Notes: generated by a model from the sequence alone, not told the origin. Positions 22,383 to 32,507 are shown, counted from the stretch's first letter. The stretch is DNA of 64,000 bases from Cyanobacteriota bacterium (GCA_033764955.1 JANRIL010000040.1:1-64000), one strand, 5' to 3'. Numbers and translations: made by a program.

Positions 22383-23162
22383 ATGGTGACGTTGAGCTGG
22401 CAAGCAATAGGGGATCTGTGGATCCTGCGTCCCGCCCGTCCCCGTGCGGTTCTCTACTTTTTGGGAGGAGCGTTTATTGGCAGTGCCCCCCAGTTTTTTT
22501 ATGATGCCCTCTTGAACTCCCTAGCCCGTTCGGGTTATTGGGTGCTGGCTACCCCCTATCTCACTACCCCTGACCACGCCAGCATTGCCCAAACCATTCT
22601 CTCAACCTGGCGACGGGCGGAAACTGGGCTGGGCTTGGGATCCCTGCCGCGTTTTGGTCTGGGGCACAGTTTGGGTTGTAAGCTGCATCTGCTCTGCTGT
22701 GTGGCGGATCCCGATTATACAGACCACTGCTATGGCAATATCTTCATGGCCTACAGCAACGCCAGCCTGCCAGACGCTCTCCCCTGGGGATTGGGGATCC
22801 CTTCCCTAGACTTTTCTCCCTCCCCCGCCACGACCGTCCAATTGATCGCTCACCATTATCAAGTCGTGCCTCATTTGTTGGTCAAGTTTCAGGATGACAC
22901 GATTGACGACACCGAGGCGTTGGAAGGTAGCTTGAAAAAGCGCTGTGGTTCTGCCATTTGTCGCGTCAATCTTCCTGGCAACCACGGTACTTCTGTCGGC
23001 CAATCTTATCCGTTTCGGATTGAGAATGCCTTTAGTCCGGTGGATGTGTTGGGACAGTGGATCTATCAATCCGTCAACAGCCATAACCAAATACTCGTAA
23101 ATACCCTCAACTATTGGATACAGCAACAGTTGAGAAATTCCGAATATACCTGGAAACCATAA
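22383..23162 (+). CDS. DUF1350 alpha/beta-hydrolase-like protein
   Basis: FLGGAF, GHSLGCKLHLL, KFQDDTID, LPGNH. Confidence 0.85.
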   Translation: MVTLSWQAIGDLWILRPARPRAVLYFLGGAFIGSAPQFFYDALLNSLARSGYWVLATPYLTTPDHASIAQTILSTWRRAETGLGLGSLPRFGLGHSLGCKLHLLCCVADPDYTDHCYGNIFMAYSNASLPDALPWGLGIPSLDFSPSPATTVQLIAHHYQVVPHLLVKFQDDTIDDTEALEGSLKKRCGSAICRVNLPGNHGTSVGQSYPFRIENAFSPVDVLGQWIYQSVNSHNQILVNTLNYWIQQQLRNSEYTWKP

Positions 23163-23244
23163 AAAAATTAGCTACTTTCCTGTTCATTCCTAGGGTGATT
23201 TTGTCCCTAATGATTTGTATGAAGGGTGGCAGGGAAGGATAACA

Positions 23245-23273
23245 TTGACAGCCATAAAATCCCCTTACAAAAT
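23245..23273 (+). promoter_or_regulatory. Putative sigma70-type promoter
   Basis: TTGACA-17 nt-CAAAAT, about 300 nt upstream of the next start codon. Confidence 0.5.
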
Positions 23274-23580
23274 GGGAGCAGGTTAAGATCCACCCAGGCT
23301 CCTTACCAAAAGGGATCCCTCTCCGGTGTGAGGGCAGGCTGAACGAAATACTTGCCGAGGAACGAGAAGACCGAACAAGTGACCAGAATCAACATTGCGC
23401 TTCCTCCATCGGTTCCGAGGGGGTGACTTCGCCAACTCCCTAAAGTAGGCTGAACTCGGAGAGGTGATGAGGAGAGGATGAATACCTGAGGATGCCCTCA
23501 GCAGACCAGCAGAATAAAGCTTAGCTGGAGAGGTTCTACCCATGAGCCATCGCATGGCCTTTTAGTGATCAGGAGATGGA

Positions 23581-26073
23581 ATGTCCACAACTTCACCCCG
23601 CTTCAATACCTTCAGTTCTCCCTCGATCCTGCCTCCCTATGCCACCGATCAAGGAGGGGAGGATGACGACAAATTACCACTGGGCAATCGTTTGGTGAAG
23701 GCGGGCTTGCTCACCCGTGAGCAACTGGCTCAAGCTCTGCGGGAGCAACAGCAAAACCACCTCAAGTTGGGGGAAGTCTGCCTGGAGCATGGCTGGGTTA
23801 CTCCTGAAGATCTCTACAAATATATGCCCAGCCGTGATCTCTCTTTGGGGGAGATCTTGGTGGCTTTAGGTTATCTGGGGTTTGACCAACTGCGGATTGG
23901 ACTGGCTCAACAACGGCGCTATGGCCGCCGCTTAGGAGAAATTTTGATCTGGAAGGGGTGGCTGACCAGTGAAACCCTCAACCAGGTTTTGCAAATTCAA
24001 CAGGAGTTGCAGCAGTTGGGCGTCGGCACGGCTTGGCAAGCCCTCCAGGATCAAAAAGCAGCCCTAGAAGCGGGATTACAAGGGGATCCCTTACCCACCC
24101 CTAGCCCTACTCCATCCGTTGCCATCCCCCAACCGATCCAGCCCTCTCAGGTGGCAACCCCCAGCCCAGCTCCCCGTGTGGCGGAGGGAACGGCCAGTGC
24201 TGGCAACCCCTACCAAGCCCGCATTGCTGCCCTAGAGCTTCATATTCAGATGCAGCAAAAGGAGTGGGACGCCATTACCGCGCAAATGAATCAGCAGATT
24301 ACCACCTATCAGGAGCAATACCAGAATCGGATTCAACAACTGGAGGCAAAACTCCGTCAACAAAGCGAGCAGCAAACCAGCGGATCCCCCGACCGCGAAA
24401 AACTGGAACTGCGGGCACAGGTGAATCATCTGGAAAATGAACTGCAACAAGCCTATGCCCGTGTTAAGCAAACCCAACTGCAACTGCAAGAACAAAGCCA
24501 GAAGAACCTGGCGGAACAAACTCGCCTAGAAGCCGAAATCGCCCGCTTGCAGAAGCAGCAATCGGATCCCAGCCCAGCCATCCTCGAACAGCAAGCTCAG
24601 ATCCAACGCCTAGAGACGCAATGGCAAGCCGAAATCACCGCCAAAGCCACCGCTGCCCTCACCCACCAAACCCAGATGGCAGAAATAACGGCTCAACGGG
24701 ATCAGTTACAAAGCCGCCTCGATGAGCAGACACAACAAGCCCACCACCTCCAAGCTAGCTATGAGCAAGTCAGCCAAGCTTTGCAGAACCTTCAACAAGA
24801 ACACGAGCAGCTAGTTCAGCAGGTGGAAACCCAGCAGCAGGGGTGGCAGTCACAGGCCCAACACTATCAGCAGCAGATTGAGCAAGCCCAAACCGAAGTA
24901 GCCAGTCTGACCCAACAGCTAGAACGCTACCAAGCCCAGGAGGCTGAACTTACCGAACTGCGCCAACACCAGCAAAAAGCGCAAGCGGATCTGGAGCAGA
25001 TCCGCCAGTTGCACCATCGCCAGCAACAGCAGGAGCGGCAACTGCATAGCGAAATAGCTCGCCTCACCTCCCAGCTTTTGCAGACTCAAAGAGAGCTGGA
25101 GCAGCTCCAGACAGAGTGGCAGGATCAACCGTCGATTGCGGCTCTGCAAAACCAGATTGAAGACTTGCAAAGTCAAATTCAAAATCTGCAAGCCACTCAT
25201 CAACAATCCGAACAGCAGTTACAACGCTACCAAACGCAACTGGAACAGGCGCGCACCGCCCCCCTCTCCCTCACCCAGGAACTCACCGCCGCCCGTCAGC
25301 AAATCGCCGATCTGGAGGGATCCCTACACCACAAACAATCCCTCCTAGATCGCCTGAACCGCCAGATAACCGCTCTGCAAGCCCAAGCCCTCAGCCAACA
25401 GGAGGCCCAAAGTCAACAAGCCCTGGAATGGCAACAGGCCAACGAGTTGATCGCCGCGTATCGAGAAAGTATCGAATCGCTTCAGCAAAACCTGAAAACT
25501 CAACAGGATCAAAACCGCCTGCTGCAAGCCAATCTGGAGCAGCAACGCTCGATTGCCCAAGCGGCCAGAGCAGAACTGGAAATAGCCAGTGTACCCATGC
25601 CCATGACGTCGCCGCCGCTTCCTTCTCCAGAACCACCGACCCCGCCCCCTGCACCCCCCCAACCTCTGATCGAGGGCAAGACGGATCCCTCCAATCTGCC
25701 CGTTTTAACCCCGTGGGCACGCAACTTATTTCTTCAACTGCAAGAGGCTGGCTTACTGACAGATGAACAAATTGACCAGGTATTGTCTAGTTGGCAGCAG
25801 GGAGGGGGCAAGCTGACGGAGGTTTTGGCTAGCTGCACCAAACTACAAGCAGATACCGTGAAGTTTTTTGGAGATGGTGGCTATGCGGCTAAGCTATCGG
25901 GATGTCGGCGGATCGGTGACTATCTAAAAGCAGCCGCCTTGGTCACAGAGGCCGATATTCAAGCCGCCCTGACCGCCCGTCAGCCTGGGCAACGATTGGG
26001 GGAAGTTCTGGTGGAGATGGGTCTGATCCGCAAGGCCACAGCGGACTATTTTGCCGAGACCTTTTTGAAATAA
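23581..26073 (+). CDS. Long Gln-rich coiled-coil protein with MshEN-like motifs at both termini
   Basis: Repeated (R)LGxxLxxxG motifs at the N and C termini; central heptad-rich region flanked by Pro-rich linkers; AGGAG RBS. Confidence 0.85.
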   Translation: MSTTSPRFNTFSSPSILPPYATDQGGEDDDKLPLGNRLVKAGLLTREQLAQALREQQQNHLKLGEVCLEHGWVTPEDLYKYMPSRDLSLGEILVALGYLGFDQLRIGLAQQRRYGRRLGEILIWKGWLTSETLNQVLQIQQELQQLGVGTAWQALQDQKAALEAGLQGDPLPTPSPTPSVAIPQPIQPSQVATPSPAPRVAEGTASAGNPYQARIAALELHIQMQQKEWDAITAQMNQQITTYQEQYQNRIQQLEAKLRQQSEQQTSGSPDREKLELRAQVNHLENELQQAYARVKQTQLQLQEQSQKNLAEQTRLEAEIARLQKQQSDPSPAILEQQAQIQRLETQWQAEITAKATAALTHQTQMAEITAQRDQLQSRLDEQTQQAHHLQASYEQVSQALQNLQQEHEQLVQQVETQQQGWQSQAQHYQQQIEQAQTEVASLTQQLERYQAQEAELTELRQHQQKAQADLEQIRQLHHRQQQQERQLHSEIARLTSQLLQTQRELEQLQTEWQDQPSIAALQNQIEDLQSQIQNLQATHQQSEQQLQRYQTQLEQARTAPLSLTQELTAARQQIADLEGSLHHKQSLLDRLNRQITALQAQALSQQEAQSQQALEWQQANELIAAYRESIESLQQNLKTQQDQNRLLQANLEQQRSIAQAARAELEIASVPMPMTSPPLPSPEPPTPPPAPPQPLIEGKTDPSNLPVLTPWARNLFLQLQEAGLLTDEQIDQVLSSWQQGGGKLTEVLASCTKLQADTVKFFGDGGYAAKLSGCRRIGDYLKAAALVTEADIQAALTARQPGQRLGEVLVEMGLIRKATADYFAETFLK

Positions 26074-26131
26074 GTATCCCTTTCACAAGCGATGTTATGG
26101 GCGTTATATTCTCACCTTCCCCTTTCCTTGT

Positions 26132-28651
26132 CTAGGTTGTTGTTGTTGGCAGGTCTAAATTCGGGATCCCCACAATAAAGCTAACCTGATTGTGATCGCA
26201 GACAACCCGAATCTCACCCTTCATCTCTAAAACAAATTGCTTGACTAAAGCCAGTCCTAATCCGGTTCCCCCATGTTTCCAGCGATCCGCTTCAGGGATC
26301 CGATAGAACTTAGTAAACAGACGGGGAATTTGCTGTGGTTGAATATCCCCTGGATTGCTGACCTTCACTGTTAGTAGGGATTCTGTTACTGTTAGTTCGA
26401 CTTGAATTTCTTGCTGGGGATCGGTGTATTTAATAGCATTCGATAGCAATTCGCGGATGACCCGCTCAAAGCGTTGATGGTCAGTACACCATACTTTTTC
26501 GGGCTGAGACAGAGTCGCGGTAATCTTTTGCTCTTTGGCTATAGTTTGTAAGCTCATCACCTCAAGTAATCTTTCTAGCCAGGGTTGCACAGCCTTGCAT
26601 TCCACAAAAATCTCAATTTGACCGGCTTCTGATCGTTGTAGATCCAATAAATTATTCACCAACTCTAACTCACGATCTACCTCATTCATAACGATATCAA
26701 TATATCTTTGCTGGCTAGCATTCCCCTGATCCATTCTCAACAATTCTACCCCCATCCGAATATTATTCAGGGGAGTTTTTAATTCATGGGAAACAGTAGC
26801 CATAAAATCATCCTTGAGGCGATTCAACTGCTCCAATTCAGTGACTTGACTGAGGGATCCCTGATAAAGGCGAGATTGCCGAATCGCAATAGCCGATTGA
26901 TTGGCCAGTTGCTCCATCAGATGAATTTCGATAGTGCTAAAAGATTGATGTTCTCCTCGCCCTACCACCAAGATTCCCATTAACCCCTGTTGATCGATAA
27001 TTGGGCAGATGACAACTGTAAATTTTGCGGATCCCTGCCAACAACAATAGATAGGATAGTTTGGTGGTTGATTCCTACCAGAAATGGATATCAACCCATC
27101 GGGAGGTAAGCCGCTGCTTAATCCGTGATATTGGCTGTATTTCAACACCAATGCCTCTTGACTTTGGGTAGTGGCAGGAGTGGTGGTCTCCATCAACCAA
27201 ATTTCACAAAAGACTAATTCCAACGCCGCCACCAATTCCTCCACCAGCAGAGATAGCGTCAAGGTTTCATCCAAATCATGGCGGGTTTTTTCGATGAGGC
27301 GGGAGAGCAGGAGAGCGTGGCTCAGGGCTTGCTGTAATTCTGCGGTGCGCTGTGTAACCTGCTCCTCTAGATGACTGTTGAGGGTTTGCAACTGGGCAAA
27401 AGCGGTGGATAAATGGCCACTCATCCGGTTAAATCCCACGGCTAACTGCCGGAGTTCCCCAATCAAACTGGTTTCCGGGATCCGTTGGGATAGGGATCCA
27501 TCGACGATGGTGGCGGCGGCGGTTTGTAAGGATTGGAGGGGACGAACCAAAGCACGGGAGGTGATAAATCCTACCGTTAAGGCGATCAACAGAGCTAACG
27601 TACAAATCCCCACGGTAGCGCGCAAATTAGCGGTAATCTCTGCCAAAAATTCCTGCTCAGGAATCACCACTACCAGCAGCCAATTCAAACCCCGCTCTGG
27701 CAGAGGGGTGATCTGCACAAATTGCCGCTCCCCCGCTACCGTCAACCGCCATTGCTGGGATCCCTGGAGGGTAGCTAGGTCAAAACGCCGAGCCATCTCT
27801 ACTGCTATTGCTCGTGTTATGGGATCCGAGCTAGCCGTTGGTGGCATCCGTTCTTGCCCACCGGGTGTTCGCAAAAAGGGGGGTTCATCAATGGAGGTGG
27901 CTACCAGCTCTCCTGTGCGCTCGATGATAAAGCTCTGCCCCGTTTCCCCAATCTTTAACCGCTGCAAAAAGTCACTGATTTGCTGCAAGGTCAGATCAAT
28001 GCCCATCACCCCCAATAACTGATCGTCGGGGTCGTAGATGGGAGCCGTCGCCGTAATCCCTAAAACTGGACGGGCGGCAAACACATAGATCGGCGACCAG
28101 GTGGGCTGTCTGGCTTGTAGCGCTGCCTCGTACCAAGGACGCTGCCGCGGATCAAACTCCGATTGCCGTACCCATTCCTGGATATTTCCCAGCCCATTCA
28201 ACCGAAAGATCTGCCGCTGCGGAGCCGTCGTGGGATCCCGTCGATAAAGCAAGGGTTCGGGATCCGTCTGCACCAACAAAAAGTCCCCGGCTTGATTGCC
28301 GTAATAAATGGTTTTGAACCCATCGAATAACTGAATCTGCTGCCAAAAATAAGCTTGTAATTGGGTAAAGTTCTCTAGGCTAAGCAATCCCGCCTTCACC
28401 GCCTGAGCATCGGTTTGCAAAATCAGATAGGGCGTATCGGCAAATAACCTGACATGCTCGGTGACGGTGCTAGCTGTTTTTTGGCTCAACTGATCCACCA
28501 ATCGCTGCACCGATTGCTCACCCGCCCGCCAGCTTAGCCAACCACAGATCGCTGCCGTAGCCGTAAGCTGTAGCGAAAAAGGAGCCACTACAGCCCACAG
28601 CATGGGCAGGGTAGACAGTCGCTTGGTAACCGCAGAAAGGAGAGCAGACAA
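26132..28651 (-). CDS. Sensor histidine kinase (Cache, HAMP, GAF, HisKA, HATPase)
   Basis: FDPRQRPWY Cache motif, two TM helices, VSHELKTPL, GGTGLGL. Confidence 0.92.
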   Translation of the reverse strand: MSALLSAVTKRLSTLPMLWAVVAPFSLQLTATAAICGWLSWRAGEQSVQRLVDQLSQKTASTVTEHVRLFADTPYLILQTDAQAVKAGLLSLENFTQLQAYFWQQIQLFDGFKTIYYGNQAGDFLLVQTDPEPLLYRRDPTTAPQRQIFRLNGLGNIQEWVRQSEFDPRQRPWYEAALQARQPTWSPIYVFAARPVLGITATAPIYDPDDQLLGVMGIDLTLQQISDFLQRLKIGETGQSFIIERTGELVATSIDEPPFLRTPGGQERMPPTASSDPITRAIAVEMARRFDLATLQGSQQWRLTVAGERQFVQITPLPERGLNWLLVVVIPEQEFLAEITANLRATVGICTLALLIALTVGFITSRALVRPLQSLQTAAATIVDGSLSQRIPETSLIGELRQLAVGFNRMSGHLSTAFAQLQTLNSHLEEQVTQRTAELQQALSHALLLSRLIEKTRHDLDETLTLSLLVEELVAALELVFCEIWLMETTTPATTQSQEALVLKYSQYHGLSSGLPPDGLISISGRNQPPNYPIYCCWQGSAKFTVVICPIIDQQGLMGILVVGRGEHQSFSTIEIHLMEQLANQSAIAIRQSRLYQGSLSQVTELEQLNRLKDDFMATVSHELKTPLNNIRMGVELLRMDQGNASQQRYIDIVMNEVDRELELVNNLLDLQRSEAGQIEIFVECKAVQPWLERLLEVMSLQTIAKEQKITATLSQPEKVWCTDHQRFERVIRELLSNAIKYTDPQQEIQVELTVTESLLTVKVSNPGDIQPQQIPRLFTKFYRIPEADRWKHGGTGLGLALVKQFVLEMKGEIRVVCDHNQVSFIVGIPNLDLPTTTT

Positions 28652-28746
28652 ACCTAAACCTCTAAAACAGGTGCAAGGTATTCAATATATCCATTCTCCA
28701 CTCTTTAACCATCGGTTCAATACCTTAACGGTGTGATGCGGCGGTT

Positions 28747-29040
28747 TCACACTGCGCCAACATTAAATATACTTTTTGATTCTCGATCTCCGAACTGAAT
28801 AATCATGTCAACATTTTCTCTCAAAATCGGAACCATTGTTGATGTTGGGCAATCGCCAACCTGAAGAACGATAAACTTAGGTGGATGGCCATAGAGCAAG
28901 TTAAACTGATAAAAATCAGCATCTTTGGAAACAATTACAAAACCATTCGCTTTTGCCTATTCCCAAATGATGCCATTATCCATATCCGTCAGTGCTCAAG
29001 TTTGGATATGCTCAGAACTAGAATGCAAATTAACAATCTG
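28747..29040 (-). pseudogene. DUF5615 / VapC45-like PIN protein pseudogene
   Basis: Hand translation: QIVNLHSSSEHIQT*ALTDMDNGIIWE*AKANGFVIVSKDADFYQFNLLYGHPPKFIVLQVGDCPTS. In-frame stops at 28996-28998 and 28957-28959; N terminus lost. Confidence 0.85.
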
Positions 29041-29067
29041 GCATCGCAAAAATATCTATTTATATCT

Positions 29068-29123
29068 ATTTAACAGTATGCCGCAACCGCTCTCTGTTCG
29101 CGGATAGGGAATACGGTTAGCGC
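29068..29123 (-). other. attC-like imperfect palindrome (~56 bp)
   Basis: Minus strand CGCTAAC-CGTAT...CCGC-loop-GCGG...ATACT-GTTAAAT, ending in a GTTRRRY core just upstream of the PIN pseudogene. Confidence 0.45.
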
Positions 29124-29217
29124 TTATCCACAATATTAAGGATTCGACCGCTAAGCTAATCTGGTCTAAGTTGAAAGGGATCCCACCCATCGATGGGATC
29201 GTCTTATTTAGCCGGAG

Positions 29218-30942
29218 ATGTCTATGGTTACTGCCCTGCCCTCCCAACAGCGCCGCCTCAGTCTGCAAGCGGTTGATATTGCCCCAGCCACCCGCACCAT
29301 CCGCTCTCTCGATTGGGATCGGGATCGCTTTGACATCGAATTTGGCCTCAAAAACGGCACTACCTACAACTCATTCCTGATTCGGGGCGACAAAATTGCC
29401 CTGATCGACACCTCCCACGAAAAATTCCGCGAGTCTTACCTTCCCCTGCTGCAATCGGAGGTGGATCTTAGCCAACTTGACTATCTGCTGATTAGCCATA
29501 CCGAGCCGGATCACAGTGGGTTGGTGCGGGATATCTTGCAACTGGCTCCCCAGGTGACGGTGGTTGGATCCAAAGTGGCGCTGCAATTTTTAGAAAATCT
29601 GGTGCATCTGCCCTTTCCAAAACAAGTGGTTAAAAACGGTGACCAATTGGATTTGGGACAGGGACATATCCTGGAGTTTGTGATCGCTCCCAACCTGCAT
29701 TGGCCCGATACGATGTTTACCTACGATCACCAAACGGGCATTCTCTTCACCTGCGATGCCTTTGGGATGCACTACTGCGATAACAGTGTCTTTGACCACA
29801 ACCTGGCTCTAATTGAAGAGGATTTTCGCTTTTACTATGATTGTTTGATGGCTCCCAATGCCCGCTCCGTCTTGTCCGCCATGAAGCGCATGGATGAGTT
29901 ACCCACCATTTCCACGATTGCCACCGGACATGGCCCCCTACTCCGCCACCACCTCAGCGACTTAACGGGGCGCTATCGCTCCTGGAGTCAAGCCCAAACC
30001 AAAGGCGAAACCACCGTGGCTGTATTCTATGTCTCCGACTATGGCTACAGTGATCGCCTCAGCCAAGCCATCGCCAAAGGCATTACCAAAGCGGGCGTTG
30101 CCGTCGAAATGCGCGATCTCAAATCGGCGGATCCCCAGGATGTCCGCGAATTGGTGGAACACTCGGCGGGCCTAGTGGTCAGCACTCCGCCCACTTCCTC
30201 CATGGTGGCTCAAACCGCTGTTGGCACGGTCCTTGCGGTGGCACATTCCAAACAGATGATCGGGCTAGTGGCTTCCTGTGGGGATGACGACGAACCAATT
30301 GATCCGCTGCTCACCCGCTTTACGGACGTTGGCTTAAGTCCCGCCTTCCCGGCCATCCGCGCCCAAGGGATCCCTACCCCCGCCACCTATCAAACCTGTG
30401 AAGAAGCAGGCACGGATCTGGCTCAGCGATTAACCAAAGCCAAAACCATCCAGCAGATGAAATCCCTGGATAGCGATCTCGACAAAGCTCTGGGTCGTCT
30501 ATCCGGTGGACTCTACATCATCACCGCCCAACGCCAGCAAGCCAAGAGCGCCATGTTGGCCTCCTGGGTGGCTCAGGCTAGCTTTTCTCCCCCCGGCATC
30601 ACCATTGCGGTTGCCAAAGATCGCGCCATCGAATCCTTCATGCACATCGGGGATCCCTTTGTCCTCAATATCTTGGCGGAAGGGCAGCACCTCAAGCTGA
30701 TGAAACACTTTTTGAAATGGTTCCCCCCTGGCGCCGATCGCTTTGAAGGGGTCAAAACCTATCCTGCTGATAATCAGGGAATCATCTTGGCGGAAGCCCT
30801 CGCCTATCTGGAGTGTCAGGTGGTCAGCCGCATGGAGGCCAGTGATCACTGGATTGTCTATGCCACCGTACAGACGGGCAATATCTCGAATCCCGATGGT
30901 CTGACGGCGACTCACCACCGCAAAGTTGGCAACCATTACTAA
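29218..30942 (+). CDS. flv3: Flavodiiron protein, FlvB (Flv3-like) class
   Basis: RSLDWDRDRFDIEFG; canonical di-iron motif HTEPDH, HWPD, CDAFG, GHG; flavodoxin and flavin-reductase domains. Confidence 0.9.
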   Translation: MSMVTALPSQQRRLSLQAVDIAPATRTIRSLDWDRDRFDIEFGLKNGTTYNSFLIRGDKIALIDTSHEKFRESYLPLLQSEVDLSQLDYLLISHTEPDHSGLVRDILQLAPQVTVVGSKVALQFLENLVHLPFPKQVVKNGDQLDLGQGHILEFVIAPNLHWPDTMFTYDHQTGILFTCDAFGMHYCDNSVFDHNLALIEEDFRFYYDCLMAPNARSVLSAMKRMDELPTISTIATGHGPLLRHHLSDLTGRYRSWSQAQTKGETTVAVFYVSDYGYSDRLSQAIAKGITKAGVAVEMRDLKSADPQDVRELVEHSAGLVVSTPPTSSMVAQTAVGTVLAVAHSKQMIGLVASCGDDDEPIDPLLTRFTDVGLSPAFPAIRAQGIPTPATYQTCEEAGTDLAQRLTKAKTIQQMKSLDSDLDKALGRLSGGLYIITAQRQQAKSAMLASWVAQASFSPPGITIAVAKDRAIESFMHIGDPFVLNILAEGQHLKLMKHFLKWFPPGADRFEGVKTYPADNQGIILAEALAYLECQVVSRMEASDHWIVYATVQTGNISNPDGLTATHHRKVGNHY

Positions 30943-31044
30943 GGTGTCTCCCCCAGGCTCCTCCCCAATCCCAGCGCGGGGATCCCTGAACCCGCTAAAC
31001 TGGTCAGGAATTCACCCCAACCTGTCAGCAGGGGATCCCTTTTT

Positions 31045-31626
31045 ATGTCGTCTATGTCGTCATCGCCTTTACCTGAGCGCCCCTATCCCCCCCAAGTAGT
31101 GCGAGAACGCTTTCGCTACCAGGGCTACAAATATAGCTTCGTCTGCCAAAAGATGCGCTTTCCAGGGAACAAAGAGGGGGAACGGGAATATTTGATTCAT
31201 CCGGGCGGAGCCATCGTGGTTCCGGTGACGGCGAGCGGAGAGTTTGTCTGCATTCGTCAATATCGGTTTGCCATCGCCAACTATATCTACGAGTTTCCCG
31301 CGGGCACTCTCGAACCCAACGAACACCCGGATCAGACCATCCGCCGTGAACTGGAGGAAGAAACCGGACGGCGTGGACATCGCTGGGACAGCCTGGGCAC
31401 TTTTTATTTGGCTCCCGGCTATTCTGACGAACTGATGTATGCTTACCTGGCTCGAGATCTGGAGGTGCTCCCCCACCCGCCCGCCGGAGATGAAGATGAA
31501 GACATCACCGTTGTTGAACTTAACCCTCAAGAGATGCAACAGCGCATTCAAGAAACCTCTGATTTTGATGCCAAATCCATCGCCTGCTTCTATCGTGCCC
31601 AACAGTTTTTACAAACTCATGGCTGA
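31045..31626 (+). CDS. NUDIX hydrolase (ADP-ribose pyrophosphatase-like)
   Basis: RQYR; Nudix box EFPAGTLE...RELEEETG. Confidence 0.92.
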   Translation: MSSMSSSPLPERPYPPQVVRERFRYQGYKYSFVCQKMRFPGNKEGEREYLIHPGGAIVVPVTASGEFVCIRQYRFAIANYIYEFPAGTLEPNEHPDQTIRRELEEETGRRGHRWDSLGTFYLAPGYSDELMYAYLARDLEVLPHPPAGDEDEDITVVELNPQEMQQRIQETSDFDAKSIACFYRAQQFLQTHG

Positions 31627-31646
31627 GGTTTTGTGGGTTGAGGCGG

Positions 31647-32144
31647 TCAATTAATGGGTAAATCTTGTGTGGGTAAATCTTGAAAAATCTGGCGGACTGT
31701 CTGCAAGGCCTCGGTGATCGACTGGATCTCTGACGCCGATAGTTGACCCAGCCGAGCCTTGAGGTGGTGGATATGCGCCGGAAAAACCTCCTCAAAGACC
31801 GCTTCTCCAGCCGTGGTCAAGACAATCCTGAAACAGCGCCGATTTTCTGGGGGAACCTGCCGTTGCACCAGTCCTTTTTGTTCCAGACGGTCGATGATCC
31901 CTGTCAACGTCCCTTTGGTAACGAGGGTTTTGTCAGCCAGCTCGTGCATGGTCATGCCGGAGGTATTACCCAGGGTAGCAATCACATCAAATTGGGGAGC
32001 CGTCAGTCCCTGCTGGCGCACATGGCCTTCTGAGTAGCTGGCAAACGCCTGATAAGCCCGCGCCAACTCCCGAATCAGGGGGAGAAATGGCTCCTGTCTG
32101 GCTAACGTGGTCGGGGTGGTGTGGGGAGAAGTGGAAGGCGGCAT
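31647..32144 (-). CDS. MarR family transcriptional regulator
   Basis: LTAPQFDVIATL, TKGTLTGIIDRLEQKGLV, LTTAG. Confidence 0.92.
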   Translation of the reverse strand: MPPSTSPHTTPTTLARQEPFLPLIRELARAYQAFASYSEGHVRQQGLTAPQFDVIATLGNTSGMTMHELADKTLVTKGTLTGIIDRLEQKGLVQRQVPPENRRCFRIVLTTAGEAVFEEVFPAHIHHLKARLGQLSASEIQSITEALQTVRQIFQDLPTQDLPIN

Positions 32145-32507
32145 GGGCTAGGTTATTGAATGCTTTTGAAGATTTCTTCGGGATGATCGATTGCCTAGAG
32201 GCAAGTGTTGATTTTATTGAGTAATTTTCTTTAGTATAGTTCTTATACAAATATATCTCAATCAAATTATTAAACCCAGATGATTGACAAGGGACAGTTT
32301 CTCAACTGTGCTAAGGGGAGACGGGAGCGACAAAGGGAGGGAGTTGGTTGCGGCAACATGCGATAATAACGACCTGAAGTCGTGGGCGATGTTTTCCCCC
32401 CTTCTCAACCCCTAACTTTTTTCTCCTCTCCACTACCCCTAGGACAGGCATAGAAATAGGCAATCAACAAGGTGGATCCCCAACCATGGCTTGGAGGCAC
32501 AAAGCAG

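Noticed and set aside
28700..28730. GGTTCAATACC T-loop-like motif
   Set aside because: No cloverleaf can be built; not a tRNA
28885..29107. Plus-strand short ORFs in the AT-rich patch
   Set aside because: Antisense to the DUF5615 pseudogene
29124..29132. Perfect DnaA box TTATCCACA (another near 11969)
   Set aside because: Isolated single boxes with no cluster and no dnaA/dnaN nearby; not an origin
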